Origin: a virus
IMG/VR virus record: IMGVR_UViG_3300037296_000220
Location: 1-64,000 of that record
DNA: 64,000 nucleotides
Reading direction: 5' to 3' (one strand)
Shown here in pieces: positions 37,555 to 47,044 of this stretch. The translations under genes were made by a program, and so were the position numbers. The notes under the pieces were generated by a model. That model saw only the letters and a list, made by a program, of their open reading frames with translations, was not told the origin of the DNA and made no database searches. Position 1 is the first letter of the stretch. Every line of letters starts with the position of its first letter.

Positions 37555-38118
37555 TCACGCCGCTTGCTGCAATTCCAGGAACGCCACAATGTCCTCAAAC
37601 TGCTGACACTTAACACCGGCGTGAAGCGCCCCACAGGCGTCTGCTGAGTGCTCATTGCCGTCGGTGATACGTTTGCCCTGGCGTATCCAGTTGATGTCTG
37701 GATAGAGCGCTGTCGCCCACTCGATCATTTCCCGCTTGGTCGCCGTCTTCGTGCCCACCGCCGCCAGCTTTACCTCTTCAGCGCGAAGCTGCACGATCGG
37801 CAGTCGAATCTGAGCCAGGACACCCAGGCAAATGCCGTAACTCTTCATCGAGGCCGCAGACTGAGAGCCGTGTGGCATTTCAATGAAGACGATCTTGGGC
37901 TTAAACTCTTTGATCATCCGATCCAGCGCGATAGATAGAATGCGAGCCCGGGAGAAGTCGTCACTGTTGACCCTCACACCCTTCAGCTTGGTCTTGTCCG
38001 TCTTGACCAACTCCACTTGGGTGACATCGGTGATTACCCCTACCCCGCCCTCTATCTCCAGCTCGCCCATTGCAAAGGCTGTGTTGCGCAATGATGGGTC
38101 GATTCCCATTACTTTCAT
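37555..38118 (-). CDS. RuvC-like Holliday junction resolvase
   Basis: GIDPS, FIE, KTATKREM and HSADA motifs. Confidence 0.85.
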   Translation of the reverse strand: MKVMGIDPSLRNTAFAMGELEIEGGVGVITDVTQVELVKTDKTKLKGVRVNSDDFSRARILSIALDRMIKEFKPKIVFIEMPHGSQSAASMKSYGICLGVLAQIRLPIVQLRAEEVKLAAVGTKTATKREMIEWATALYPDINWIRQGKRITDGNEHSADACGALHAGVKCQQFEDIVAFLELQQAA

Positions 38119-38133
38119 GCTCTATCCTCTCGT

Positions 38134-38847
38134 TTAGGCCCATTGACCGAAGTCGGGCAGTTTGGCTGCTTGTATCACTTTGGACTCTTCCTCTTCCGGG
38201 GCGCCAACCAGAGTGTCCCAGGTCATTTGCTCCACCTTTGCATCCCAGTCTTCCGACCATTGCTGTGACAGCTTGTCTACCGCATTTAACACCTCTGGCA
38301 GCGTAGCTTTGGCCGTGTGCGCTGAGCCGGCGGCGAGATCCAGTTCACGCTTTACTGTTTCAGGTTGATGATCCATCGCTATCGACCCTATGGAGGCATG
38401 TTTAAGCTGATCAACTTTGTCGAGACCGGACATAATCAAACTGTGTGAAACCGTGCCCATCGCATCAGCGCTCGACATTCTGAAAATCTTATGCAGGGCG
38501 CCAGAGCTGTCCGACTTTCGAGTAATCCCCAACAGTTTGAACTCCGCTCTACTGATGTCGTTGATGAATAAGAAGGTTCGAGAAGCTGTGTTCGTTGCTT
38601 CATCCAGCTTAAATACCTGTTGCCGTCGGAGCTGGCCGAAATGAAACCCTTTACCGCGCAAAAACTGACCTAGATTGGTATCAAGACCTGCCAGCATGTT
38701 TTCCGCGTCGTAGCTGAGCTTATCCAAACAGGCAAAGTTAATACTCTCTACGTCTCTGGCCTTCAGCAGCATTTTGGTAAAGTAGCCCTCATCAGCACGG
38801 CCAAACTGGTTAACCCCAAATCCCGTATTCAGGATAGCCATTGCCAT
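38134..38847 (-). CDS. Hypothetical protein ending FGQWA
   Basis: GGAGG RBS before MAMAIL. Confidence 0.7.
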   Translation of the reverse strand: MAMAILNTGFGVNQFGRADEGYFTKMLLKARDVESINFACLDKLSYDAENMLAGLDTNLGQFLRGKGFHFGQLRRQQVFKLDEATNTASRTFLFINDISRAEFKLLGITRKSDSSGALHKIFRMSSADAMGTVSHSLIMSGLDKVDQLKHASIGSIAMDHQPETVKRELDLAAGSAHTAKATLPEVLNAVDKLSQQWSEDWDAKVEQMTWDTLVGAPEEEESKVIQAAKLPDFGQWA

Positions 38848-39217
38848 CAGATTGTTCCTCCAAGTGGGATACGCAGTAGTCCAGCATCCGGTCAATTTCA
38901 TCATCACCAAACAGATCGAGTGCTGTTTTGAGCCGGAGGGTCGATTCGTACTTGTCGCACACTAGGTGCACCAGCATTTCATCAACCCCGTCTATGTTGC
39001 CTACCGTCAGTTTGTCTACATCAACCACCGTGTCAGCGTCGAACGTGATCATGGTGGTTGGGACTTCGTCGTCTACAGCATGGTGGCCGGCGGCGCCCGC
39101 TTGAGTGAACGCCAGCCGGGTCTTTGTGTGAACCTTGAGCGGGTAGATTCCTCCAGCTCTGGCAAGGCCACGACCCGCTTTAGACCAGGCACCCTTATCC
39201 CTATAGGTTTCCTTCAT
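38810..39217 (-). CDS. Hypothetical protein ending YGIWG
   Basis: GAGG RBS. Confidence 0.7.
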   Translation of the reverse strand: MKETYRDKGAWSKAGRGLARAGGIYPLKVHTKTRLAFTQAGAAGHHAVDDEVPTTMITFDADTVVDVDKLTVGNIDGVDEMLVHLVCDKYESTLRLKTALDLFGDDEIDRMLDYCVSHLEEQSDGNGYPEYGIWG

Positions 39218-39229
39218 GGTAAATTCCTC

Positions 39230-41167
39230 TCAAAGTGCTGAACCTTCGAGGGTAGAATAGCCGTTCTCTTTCTTCATTGTCACGCTATCCCTGATCCAGT
39301 CAGATAGGTCATTGTGAGATACAACCAGGACTGTTCCGCGCTCCTTCGCCCGGTCATTCAGAACCGACATCAGACGCTCAAGGCCGGATGTGTCAAGCGA
39401 GTCGTCAATCTCGTCGGCGATAAATAGAGCGATCGGCTTACTGCTTCGGGTCGCAACCAGGTCTTGTAGCGCCATGAAGCAGGACAGGCGCACTTTGCGC
39501 TTCTCGCCACCGGACAGTAACTTGTAGGTCCGCCGGCCGGTGGTGCTGCTTGCAGTGATGGCAAACTTCTCACGCTGCTCACCTTTGGCATTGATCGACA
39601 GCGTGTCCCAGACCGCTTCAATGGCCCCGTCGGACAACTGACTGAGGTAGTAAGCCGTGCGCTCATTCAGATAGGGAGTGACCGTATCGAGAACATAGGC
39701 TCGCACCCCTTTCGGACTGAACGTATCGACCACGCACTTAGCGACACGCTCCTTCACGCGTGCCTCATCCAGATGGACCGTCACTTTTTCGACCTGTTCC
39801 TGCAGTGGCTCGATCTTCGCCTCTTCCTCACCGATCAGGTCGGTGTGCGGGTTCTCTTCCGCTTTCAGACGCTTCAGCTCTTTGATGGCCTGAGTGAACT
39901 TGTGCGACACTGTCTCGATGTTCTGGACCGCTAACTGTGACGCTCTGAGCGCTTGCTGCAGCTGCTGGGACTGTTTAGCTATGTCAGCACTCGACACTTG
40001 CTTACCCTTCGCGTCAGCGAGCGCTGAGACAGCTTTGGCTTTGTCGACTTCAATACCCGCAGTTGACTTTTTGAGCGTCTGGGCTTCGGCGGCGATCTCT
40101 CGAATCCGAGTTTTCAGCGCCTGACGTGCGTCAGCAAGGTCAGCCGACTCATAGGTCTTGCCACACTCACTGCAATCGGTGCCAACTTTGTTCTCGACGT
40201 TGTCCAACTCATGCTTGCGGCGATGGACTTCCTGCATGACCCGGGCTAGGTCTGACTGATTGATGGACAGTGCGCGCTCGACTTCAGCCAGAGCCTTTTG
40301 TTCGGTACTGATGTCGTTGGTTTCATCCAGCTTTTGCAGCTGATTGTTGACGGCCTTGAGCTGGGTAGAGATACGCTCCATTTCATCGACTTCAGCCTGC
40401 TTGTCGCAGCCGTCGTATTCAGATTTCAGCTTGCGTACCGTCACAGCTTGGCTCTGTAGGTTGACGCCGTGCTGGGTGGCCCAGTTGTCAGCGCGCTCCT
40501 TCAAGTTGGCCACACGCTCAACGATGCCCTGTTTCTGGTTGACGATCCGTTGAAGCTCAACCTCTACCAGGCTGACGTTGGCCGTTGCTGACTTGTGTCG
40601 GTCCCGGGCGACTGCATAGGCTGATTCCAGCTCAGTAATGCCAGCGGCTTCTTCGACTACCTGTTTGAGCAGACGGTCAGTCATCGATGGCAGGTCTGGC
40701 ATCTTTTCCTGACCCGCATAGATGGCAGCGTTGAACACATCGATGGAGCAACCAGTCAACTGGTCGATGACCTTCTGAGTCTCCTTGTCAGTACCTTTGG
40801 TCATATCGACCGGCCCCTGACTGGTTGTTTTGGTGACGCGCACCCGGTTTTTGAGACCCTTATGCTTGCGACCCCGCTCAATGAGGTATTCGTCAGCGTC
40901 ATCGAGCAGAGTGATGGCGACCCGGGTGCCTGTCTTGTGTAGCTCATGGATCACATCGTCACCCGACTCACCCCGCGCTGTCTCGCCGTACAGGCACCAG
41001 CTGATCGAGTCTGCGAAGGTGCTTTTGCCCGAGCCATTGCTGTTCTGTGAGCTGTCATCGCGGTTCTCGCCCTGGATCAGGACCAAACCCTTGTCATCGA
41101 GCTTTGCGGTCATCTGACCAATGGGCATGAAGTTGGTCACTTCCAGCTGTTTGATTTTGACGGTCAT
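39230..41167 (-). CDS. sbcC: SbcC/Rad50 (gp46-like) ATPase
   Basis: NGSGKST, CSECG zinc hook, LSGGE, IADEIDDSLD, SH; coiled coils. Confidence 0.92.
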   Translation of the reverse strand: MTVKIKQLEVTNFMPIGQMTAKLDDKGLVLIQGENRDDSSQNSNGSGKSTFADSISWCLYGETARGESGDDVIHELHKTGTRVAITLLDDADEYLIERGRKHKGLKNRVRVTKTTSQGPVDMTKGTDKETQKVIDQLTGCSIDVFNAAIYAGQEKMPDLPSMTDRLLKQVVEEAAGITELESAYAVARDRHKSATANVSLVEVELQRIVNQKQGIVERVANLKERADNWATQHGVNLQSQAVTVRKLKSEYDGCDKQAEVDEMERISTQLKAVNNQLQKLDETNDISTEQKALAEVERALSINQSDLARVMQEVHRRKHELDNVENKVGTDCSECGKTYESADLADARQALKTRIREIAAEAQTLKKSTAGIEVDKAKAVSALADAKGKQVSSADIAKQSQQLQQALRASQLAVQNIETVSHKFTQAIKELKRLKAEENPHTDLIGEEEAKIEPLQEQVEKVTVHLDEARVKERVAKCVVDTFSPKGVRAYVLDTVTPYLNERTAYYLSQLSDGAIEAVWDTLSINAKGEQREKFAITASSTTGRRTYKLLSGGEKRKVRLSCFMALQDLVATRSSKPIALFIADEIDDSLDTSGLERLMSVLNDRAKERGTVLVVSHNDLSDWIRDSVTMKKENGYSTLEGSAL

Positions 41168-41532
41168 GCGATAATCCCCAGGCGCTTAGCTGAACTGTAT
41201 TTGATGAAAATGTAGGCATAGGCTGTTGTCAGGTAGGCAATGGCCAGCTTCGGTTGACCCAGCACATACATCATAACCGCTTCCATCGTGGAAGATCCGA
41301 CCAGATAATGAACGTACTTGGAGTTCTGAAACTTGGCCATCTGCCGTTGCAATTTTGGCCTGTGGTTAATCAGATCGTCTTTCCAGGCGGCAGCAATGAA
41401 GGCGAACATAAAAACGAAGAACCACCAGAGAACATAGATGAACTCGAAGAACTCGAAGCCAGCCAGAATGAGAACCGCTGGCGCCCAGTAGACGATTAGG
41501 TCGCCTACAATTATTGTTTTTAATGCGCTCAT
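41164..41532 (-). CDS. Membrane protein between sbcD and sbcC
   Basis: Hydrophobic; ATGA-coupled on both sides. Confidence 0.7.
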   Translation of the reverse strand: MSALKTIIVGDLIVYWAPAVLILAGFEFFEFIYVLWWFFVFMFAFIAAAWKDDLINHRPKLQRQMAKFQNSKYVHYLVGSSTMEAVMMYVLGQPKLAIAYLTTAYAYIFIKYSSAKRLGIIA

Positions 41533-42599
41533 GCCTCACCCCCGATCGTGGACAGAATGTCTTCCGATTCAGCCATCACCGCTGCCTTCAATGAGTCAGG
41601 CGTGTTGCCCTCGATCCAGGAGCCGGTCTGCTGTTTCAGACTTAGTTGTTGGTTTGTTGTGTTGGCGTTACTTTGCCGTGACACAGTCTTTGCAGGCGTG
41701 TGGTTCACAATCACACCGACGGCACCCAACTCCATCAGGTAGTCACGACACTCGATGACTTCCTTCTTTTCAGCCTGAGCCAGGCGCAACCGGGCATAGT
41801 TGCCTTCGACATGCTTTTGAAGGTCGTCAGCATCCATTGTGGCGATGGCACTTACGTCGATGAACTTCGGCGCAGAGGTCTCGCGCTGTTCGACTTCATT
41901 GGTCTCTGTGTTGTAGATGACGTAACCAGCCTGAGAGCCGATGTCGCCCCAGGTTTGATGCGTCAGCGCACCGATCGACCAGACTTTGTTGCCCACTTCC
42001 TTAAAGTTGTGATAGTGGCCACTGAACAGCGCCTTAAAGCCGAAGGCTTCTAGCTCTGTTGATGACAGGCCGTGATCGGGGATACCTTCGATGACCCCAT
42101 TGAGCGGTGCGTGAATGAACACAACCAACTCACTGACATCTTCGGACAGATCGGCAATGGTCTGCAGCTCACCACGCAAAGCATCGAGCGATGACTTCCA
42201 GGGCACCATGACGATGTCACCTATCTGCTTCGTGTCGGTGTAGACGTTCACACCCACCGTCGTCAGCACCTGGCTGGCGTTGGTCAGCTCGCAACTGTTG
42301 TCCGATTCCAGGTCGTGATTACCCGGGATAGCATGAACGGTCATGCCCCGCTTGGTGATCTTGCCGAAGCAATCCACTACCCGATTCAGCACTGACGGAG
42401 GCAAGCTGCCCCGGGTGTGAAACAGATCACCAGCGAGGTACATTTCGTCAATACCCTCTTCGAGTGCGGTATCGACCGCCTCAAGCAGCGAGTCTAGGAT
42501 GATGGACAGGCGCGTGTTCCGACCTTCATCATCGGCAGATGCAAACTGAGTCCAGTTGTGCATATGCAGGTCGCTTGCGATTAGTACCCGTTTACTCAC
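41529..42599 (-). CDS. sbcD: SbcD/Mre11 (gp47-like) metallophosphoesterase nuclease
   Basis: SDLH, GDLFH, GNHD and SGHYH motifs. Confidence 0.92.
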   Translation of the reverse strand: MSKRVLIASDLHMHNWTQFASADDEGRNTRLSIILDSLLEAVDTALEEGIDEMYLAGDLFHTRGSLPPSVLNRVVDCFGKITKRGMTVHAIPGNHDLESDNSCELTNASQVLTTVGVNVYTDTKQIGDIVMVPWKSSLDALRGELQTIADLSEDVSELVVFIHAPLNGVIEGIPDHGLSSTELEAFGFKALFSGHYHNFKEVGNKVWSIGALTHQTWGDIGSQAGYVIYNTETNEVEQRETSAPKFIDVSAIATMDADDLQKHVEGNYARLRLAQAEKKEVIECRDYLMELGAVGVIVNHTPAKTVSRQSNANTTNQQLSLKQQTGSWIEGNTPDSLKAAVMAESEDILSTIGGEA

Positions 42600-43141
42600 T
42601 TGCTTCTCCTTAATTGAACGACTGTGATGTGTGTATTGTTGCGTACAATCAGACCCCCGTACAGATTGGGGAGTAGCTTCGCCATGCGTCTTGCTGCGTC
42701 GTCTTTGCTCAGTTTCTGATCGATGTAGGTGTGGTTGTCACGAGAGTATTCCGCGATAGCGTCGTCTTTGGGCAGCGTGATGATGTCCAACACAGCCGCC
42801 TCTCCAAACTTGTAGCCCTCCTTGTCCACCAAAGCTACGATGTCACCTGTAGCCGTGCGCTCAGCAGAGGCTTTGCCCAGGCGGAAGGTGTTGAAGATAC
42901 CCCCAGTGCCCACCGGGTCCACGAACTTGAATGGCTGCTGATAATCGGAGCAGTGCAGAATCATGGTGTGGATTTTGTTCTTATCGAACAGCGCCCGGGC
43001 TACTCGATAGTGATGACAACTGTTTGAAATACCGCAGCTTTCGCACAGATCAAACGACCGGGTCTCGTTGTCCAGTACCGGCTTAGGCATCATCGTATGG
43101 CCCTTGTCGGAACGCTTCAGGCTTCTCAAATTGGTGTTCAT
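42596..43141 (-). CDS. Hypothetical protein with N-terminal Cys cluster
   Basis: Operon context. Confidence 0.7.
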   Translation of the reverse strand: MNTNLRSLKRSDKGHTMMPKPVLDNETRSFDLCESCGISNSCHHYRVARALFDKNKIHTMILHCSDYQQPFKFVDPVGTGGIFNTFRLGKASAERTATGDIVALVDKEGYKFGEAAVLDIITLPKDDAIAEYSRDNHTYIDQKLSKDDAARRMAKLLPNLYGGLIVRNNTHITVVQLRRSK

Positions 43142-43183
43142 TCTGACCCCTGTGGGGCCTTGAAGGCCCCTATTATTGTCGGC

Positions 43184-44302
43184 TTACTTGCTCTTGATCG
43201 AGCTTTCGGCAGCAGCTTCACGCTGAGCACCGATGTCAGTCTCGGTCACGTCCTTGTCCAGGTCGCCCTGGGTGTTTGGCAGCAGCTTCATCATTTCCTG
43301 GTACATGGATCGGTCGTTCTTCATCTGCTCGACCAGTTGCACCTGATACAACTTCTTACCGTCGAACTCGACCCGGTTGCCAGCTTTCTCGATGTAGCCC
43401 TTGCGCACCATGTAATCGACGTTGGTTGCAACGTCATCGATGTAGACGCCCTGATCACCGCCATTGAAGCGCACTTGCCAGGTTGCTTCCTGCAGCGGGC
43501 GGCTGACCTTGTTCTTCACTGACTTGGCCTTCACTTCAAAGCCGATGACCTCTTTATCCTTGCCAGTACCGGAGACCAGGTTCTTTTTACCCAGCGACAG
43601 TCGAATGCTGGCGTAGAACTCAGCAGCGGCACCACCCGGGGTCGTCGTCGGATCACCGTACATCACGCCGGGCTTCATGCGCGTCTGGTTCAGCAGCAGT
43701 ACCAGCATGTTGTTGTCTTCGGCAAACTGAGACAGCATGGGGTAGTTCTGCGAGCACGACGAGGCCAGAGCCAGCTTGTCACGCATGTTGTGCGAGCCGA
43801 CTTCACGACGATTGCCCTTGTCGTCGTAGAGCTTTTCATGAGGGATAGCCGCTGCCACTGAGTCGAGCACATAGACCAGGGGCTTGCTTTCTGCGATCAG
43901 GCCGCGAGCACGCACCAGCTCACAGAACTTCATGGCTGTCTCAACACCCTCTTCAAAGGTTTTGGGTCGCAGATAGCGAAAGTGGTTCGCATTGTCCGTG
44001 TTGAGGCCCAATGATTTGGCCAGCTTCGGCTCAAACGAACGCTCATGATCACCAAACAGACTGATACCGCCCATGTTCTGCGCTGCGATCATGGCCATTG
44101 TGGAAATGAAGGTCTTGCCCGATGATGCCGGGCCGAAGATTTCGACCATGCGACCCATTGGCAGACCACCGTCGTGTCGGCCGCTCAGCAGCTTGTTCAG
44201 CTCTGCCAGGCCGGTATCGAGATAGCTGGATACACCCAGGTGGGTATCGTTCGCGCCCAGAATGTCGTCCAGAGCATTGGCCAAGTCATTCGATTTTGAC
44301 AT
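43184..44302 (-). CDS. recA: RecA/UvsX-like recombinase
   Basis: GLPMGRMVEIFGPASSGKT, DSVAA, NQTR...YGDPTTTPGG and KNKV motifs. Confidence 0.95.
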   Translation of the reverse strand: MSKSNDLANALDDILGANDTHLGVSSYLDTGLAELNKLLSGRHDGGLPMGRMVEIFGPASSGKTFISTMAMIAAQNMGGISLFGDHERSFEPKLAKSLGLNTDNANHFRYLRPKTFEEGVETAMKFCELVRARGLIAESKPLVYVLDSVAAAIPHEKLYDDKGNRREVGSHNMRDKLALASSCSQNYPMLSQFAEDNNMLVLLLNQTRMKPGVMYGDPTTTPGGAAAEFYASIRLSLGKKNLVSGTGKDKEVIGFEVKAKSVKNKVSRPLQEATWQVRFNGGDQGVYIDDVATNVDYMVRKGYIEKAGNRVEFDGKKLYQVQLVEQMKNDRSMYQEMMKLLPNTQGDLDKDVTETDIGAQREAAAESSIKSK

Positions 44303-44311
44303 ACAGTTCTC

Positions 44312-45262
44312 CTATTGCGCGCCGAAGGTTTTGTCCCAGGCGGTGCGCTTTGTTGCAATGCTCATAAAGCCCTGCTCTGCAGCCAGCTCCATGAATCCGT
44401 CGATGTCGTACACGCCTTTGTCCATCTGCATCACTTTGCGCATAGCACCGTCTTTGGCGGGTGACATCAGGTTCATCAGTTTGAGGTTCCGGGTGAACAC
44501 ACCCATCTGCTCGTTCAGAAAGCGGTTGATCGGCACCCTGGCACGACTCAGTGATTTGGGCAGTTCACCCTTCTCGAAGTCGGTCTCGTTGTTGTCGACC
44601 CAGACTTTCTTCAGCCCTGCGACACCCCCAAACTCTTCCATAATGGCTTTAGCGGCCTTCTCACCGATGCCCGTGACACCTTGAATGTTGTCTGATGTGT
44701 CACCTTCCAGGGCTTTCACCTGCAGAAACTGGCTGGCGGTTCTGCAACCGGTAAAGTCTGTGAAATTGAGGGCTGTGACGTACTTGTTTGCGCCCTTACG
44801 CGGGTCGATCCAGCTCACTTTGCTGCCGACAAGCTGCATCCAGTCTTCGTCGCCTGAGCCCAGCAGCACCCGGTGCCCGTTCGGCGTCAGTAAGCGGACA
44901 AAGAACCCGGCATAGTCATCAGCCTCGAATCCTTCACCCATCACTTGAGTAGTGCCCAGACGACGCATCAGCTCACGAATGACCGGGGTCTGACGTTTGA
45001 CCTGAGCCTTGTCAGCGACTTTCTGTGGGTCGTCTGAGCGTTTACCTTTGTATTCTGGGTACAGATCGAAGCGCCATTCAGCGCGCATATCCCACAACAC
45101 AATGATCTTCGTGTACCGCACATTGCGATCCATGAGGTTCTTGAGCATGTTCAGCGTGTGAAAGGTGCACTGCGTTTGTTCGCCGTCAGCATTCGTCAGG
45201 GCTCTTGCGTGCTGGGCAGCATGAGCTAACGAGTTACCGTCAACTACGAGGTAAGCAGTCAT
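44312..45262 (-). CDS. 5'-3' exonuclease / T4 RNase H-like FEN
   Basis: VDGNS, YPEYKGKR, EADD, DEDW and GDTSDNIQGVTGIGEK motifs. Confidence 0.92.
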   Translation of the reverse strand: MTAYLVVDGNSLAHAAQHARALTNADGEQTQCTFHTLNMLKNLMDRNVRYTKIIVLWDMRAEWRFDLYPEYKGKRSDDPQKVADKAQVKRQTPVIRELMRRLGTTQVMGEGFEADDYAGFFVRLLTPNGHRVLLGSGDEDWMQLVGSKVSWIDPRKGANKYVTALNFTDFTGCRTASQFLQVKALEGDTSDNIQGVTGIGEKAAKAIMEEFGGVAGLKKVWVDNNETDFEKGELPKSLSRARVPINRFLNEQMGVFTRNLKLMNLMSPAKDGAMRKVMQMDKGVYDIDGFMELAAEQGFMSIATKRTAWDKTFGAQ

Positions 45263-45313
45263 TGATGTTCTCCGAAAATAAAGGGGCCGACTGGCCCCTT
45301 GCAGGATGGCTGC

Positions 45314-46240
45314 TTAGCTGCCGGTTTCGTCCAGGTCTGCCAGCATGGCGTCGATGTCGTCTTCGTCGAGTTCCGCATCTGCCGTTGACTCAATCGCGGC
45401 TGTATCCACTTCCTTTTCAGGGGCGGAGTTAGACTCAGCGACAGCTTCTTCCTGAACCAGCTCTTCAAACTCGGCATCGTCGGCTTCATCAGCCAACTGG
45501 TGAGTCAGAGAAGCGGTTGCAGAAGGCTTCGGTGGCATGATGCCAACAACTTGACCAATACCTTCGAGAGCCTGCTTTTTCTTGGTCTCGTTGGCCTGGT
45601 TCACGACGTTGTCCAGGTTCGTCAGCTTGGTCAGCATCGCTTCATCTACGACGGTAGACTTCGGTGCTGGGGTCACGACGTACTTGGTATCAAAACCTGA
45701 GCCTGAGCGAGTGATGGTGAAGTCAGTGCCTTCGGTCAAGCTCAGTGCGTCCACATCATCACCGGCATAGTCAATGATGCATTCGGACAGGGCGTTGAAG
45801 ATCGTTGCACCGATTTCCATAACAACCGGGTCCGTCAGATTCTTGTCAGACTGTACCAGCACGTTCATCAGGAACTTCTGCTGGGAGTTGGACTCTTTCA
45901 GAATCTCGACCAGGTCGTCGTCGTCACACTGCTTGATGGAAGTGCCGATCGCCTGGCAAATATCGCAAGGCTCGCCGTAGGTCTTGTCCATGCAAACGTG
46001 TACCGCATGCACTTTGCCGTTCTTCTCGGTCTTGACGAAGTGTTGGCCATAGTCATGCCAGAACTGCTCGGGGATACCGGTCTCAGCCTCTTTCTCACGC
46101 GACGGGTCGCGCCAGGAAGGCAGGATGCGGATCTTGGACTTACCCATAGGGGGCTTCCAGGTCTTCATGCCAGAGGCTTTCTTGGCATCAATTTCCTGAT
46201 TCTTCTTCTTCATCATTTCAGCGAGGGCGTTCATACTCAT
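45314..46240 (-). CDS. Single-stranded DNA-binding protein (T4 gp32-like)
   Basis: KIRILP, H/C...CDIC zinc motif, long acidic tail. Confidence 0.78.
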   Translation of the reverse strand: MSMNALAEMMKKKNQEIDAKKASGMKTWKPPMGKSKIRILPSWRDPSREKEAETGIPEQFWHDYGQHFVKTEKNGKVHAVHVCMDKTYGEPCDICQAIGTSIKQCDDDDLVEILKESNSQQKFLMNVLVQSDKNLTDPVVMEIGATIFNALSECIIDYAGDDVDALSLTEGTDFTITRSGSGFDTKYVVTPAPKSTVVDEAMLTKLTNLDNVVNQANETKKKQALEGIGQVVGIMPPKPSATASLTHQLADEADDAEFEELVQEEAVAESNSAPEKEVDTAAIESTADAELDEDDIDAMLADLDETGS

Positions 46241-46331
46241 TGTTGAGTTCCTTACGTTATTTTAGAGGTTTCAATTACTGTTACGGGTTGGTTAAAACAC
46301 ACCAACATAGTTGTTTGTGTGAATTGATAGA

Positions 46332-46979
46332 TTAAGCTGTTTTAGCCCGGGCATCAAGCAGATTCTCTTTTCTACCTGCAGGTGATTCGTTCATGCGCAA
46401 AGAGGTCTGCTTCTCTGCCCGAACGTCAGCACCGGCCTGGATCAGCATGTCACGACGATGGCGGAAGGATTCGACAATCTCCGACAGCAGTTCGTAAATG
46501 TGATCCGCCTCCAGGTACTGCTCTTTCGCTTCCTGAAAGCCGATTGATGCCTGAATGCGCTTGGTAATGGCGCCTTCGGTAATCTTCTCGCTGTCCTGGG
46601 CAGCCAGGCGGCGGATCGCCGTGTCCATCTTGGCTTCAGTCAGCTCCATGCGCTGTTTGAACCGCTTGGCCTGCATGTGCGCTTTGGCTTTGGCGTGCGC
46701 GTAATGCACATAAAGAGCCGCCTGGTCGACGAAGGCCGACTGCATGTCCTGGATGTTGAACGTCACATCCTCCTTGAACTTGTCCATGTTGACGAAGGTT
46801 TCAGGGCGATCAGGCAGATGACCCGGTTTAGTCGTCGGTGCGGCGTTGCCCATTGCTGGGGGTGGCGTCGCTTTCTTTGGTGTTGGTGGCGCTTCAGCCT
46901 TAGTTGCCGGCTCTTCTACGCTACCGTTCTCAATGTCGTCAAGCAGTGCGTCCAGATCCATGTCCAAATCATCTGACAT
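46332..46979 (-). CDS. UvsY-like recombination mediator candidate
   Basis: Helical protein with KITEGAI...FRHRRDML pattern between SSB and polymerase. Confidence 0.55.
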   Translation of the reverse strand: MSDDLDMDLDALLDDIENGSVEEPATKAEAPPTPKKATPPPAMGNAAPTTKPGHLPDRPETFVNMDKFKEDVTFNIQDMQSAFVDQAALYVHYAHAKAKAHMQAKRFKQRMELTEAKMDTAIRRLAAQDSEKITEGAITKRIQASIGFQEAKEQYLEADHIYELLSEIVESFRHRRDMLIQAGADVRAEKQTSLRMNESPAGRKENLLDARAKTA

Positions 46980-47044
46980 TGTGTTGCCTCTCAGTTTGTG
47001 TGTTAGTTGTCTGTTTGTATTATCGCAAGCAAGCGACACCCCTG

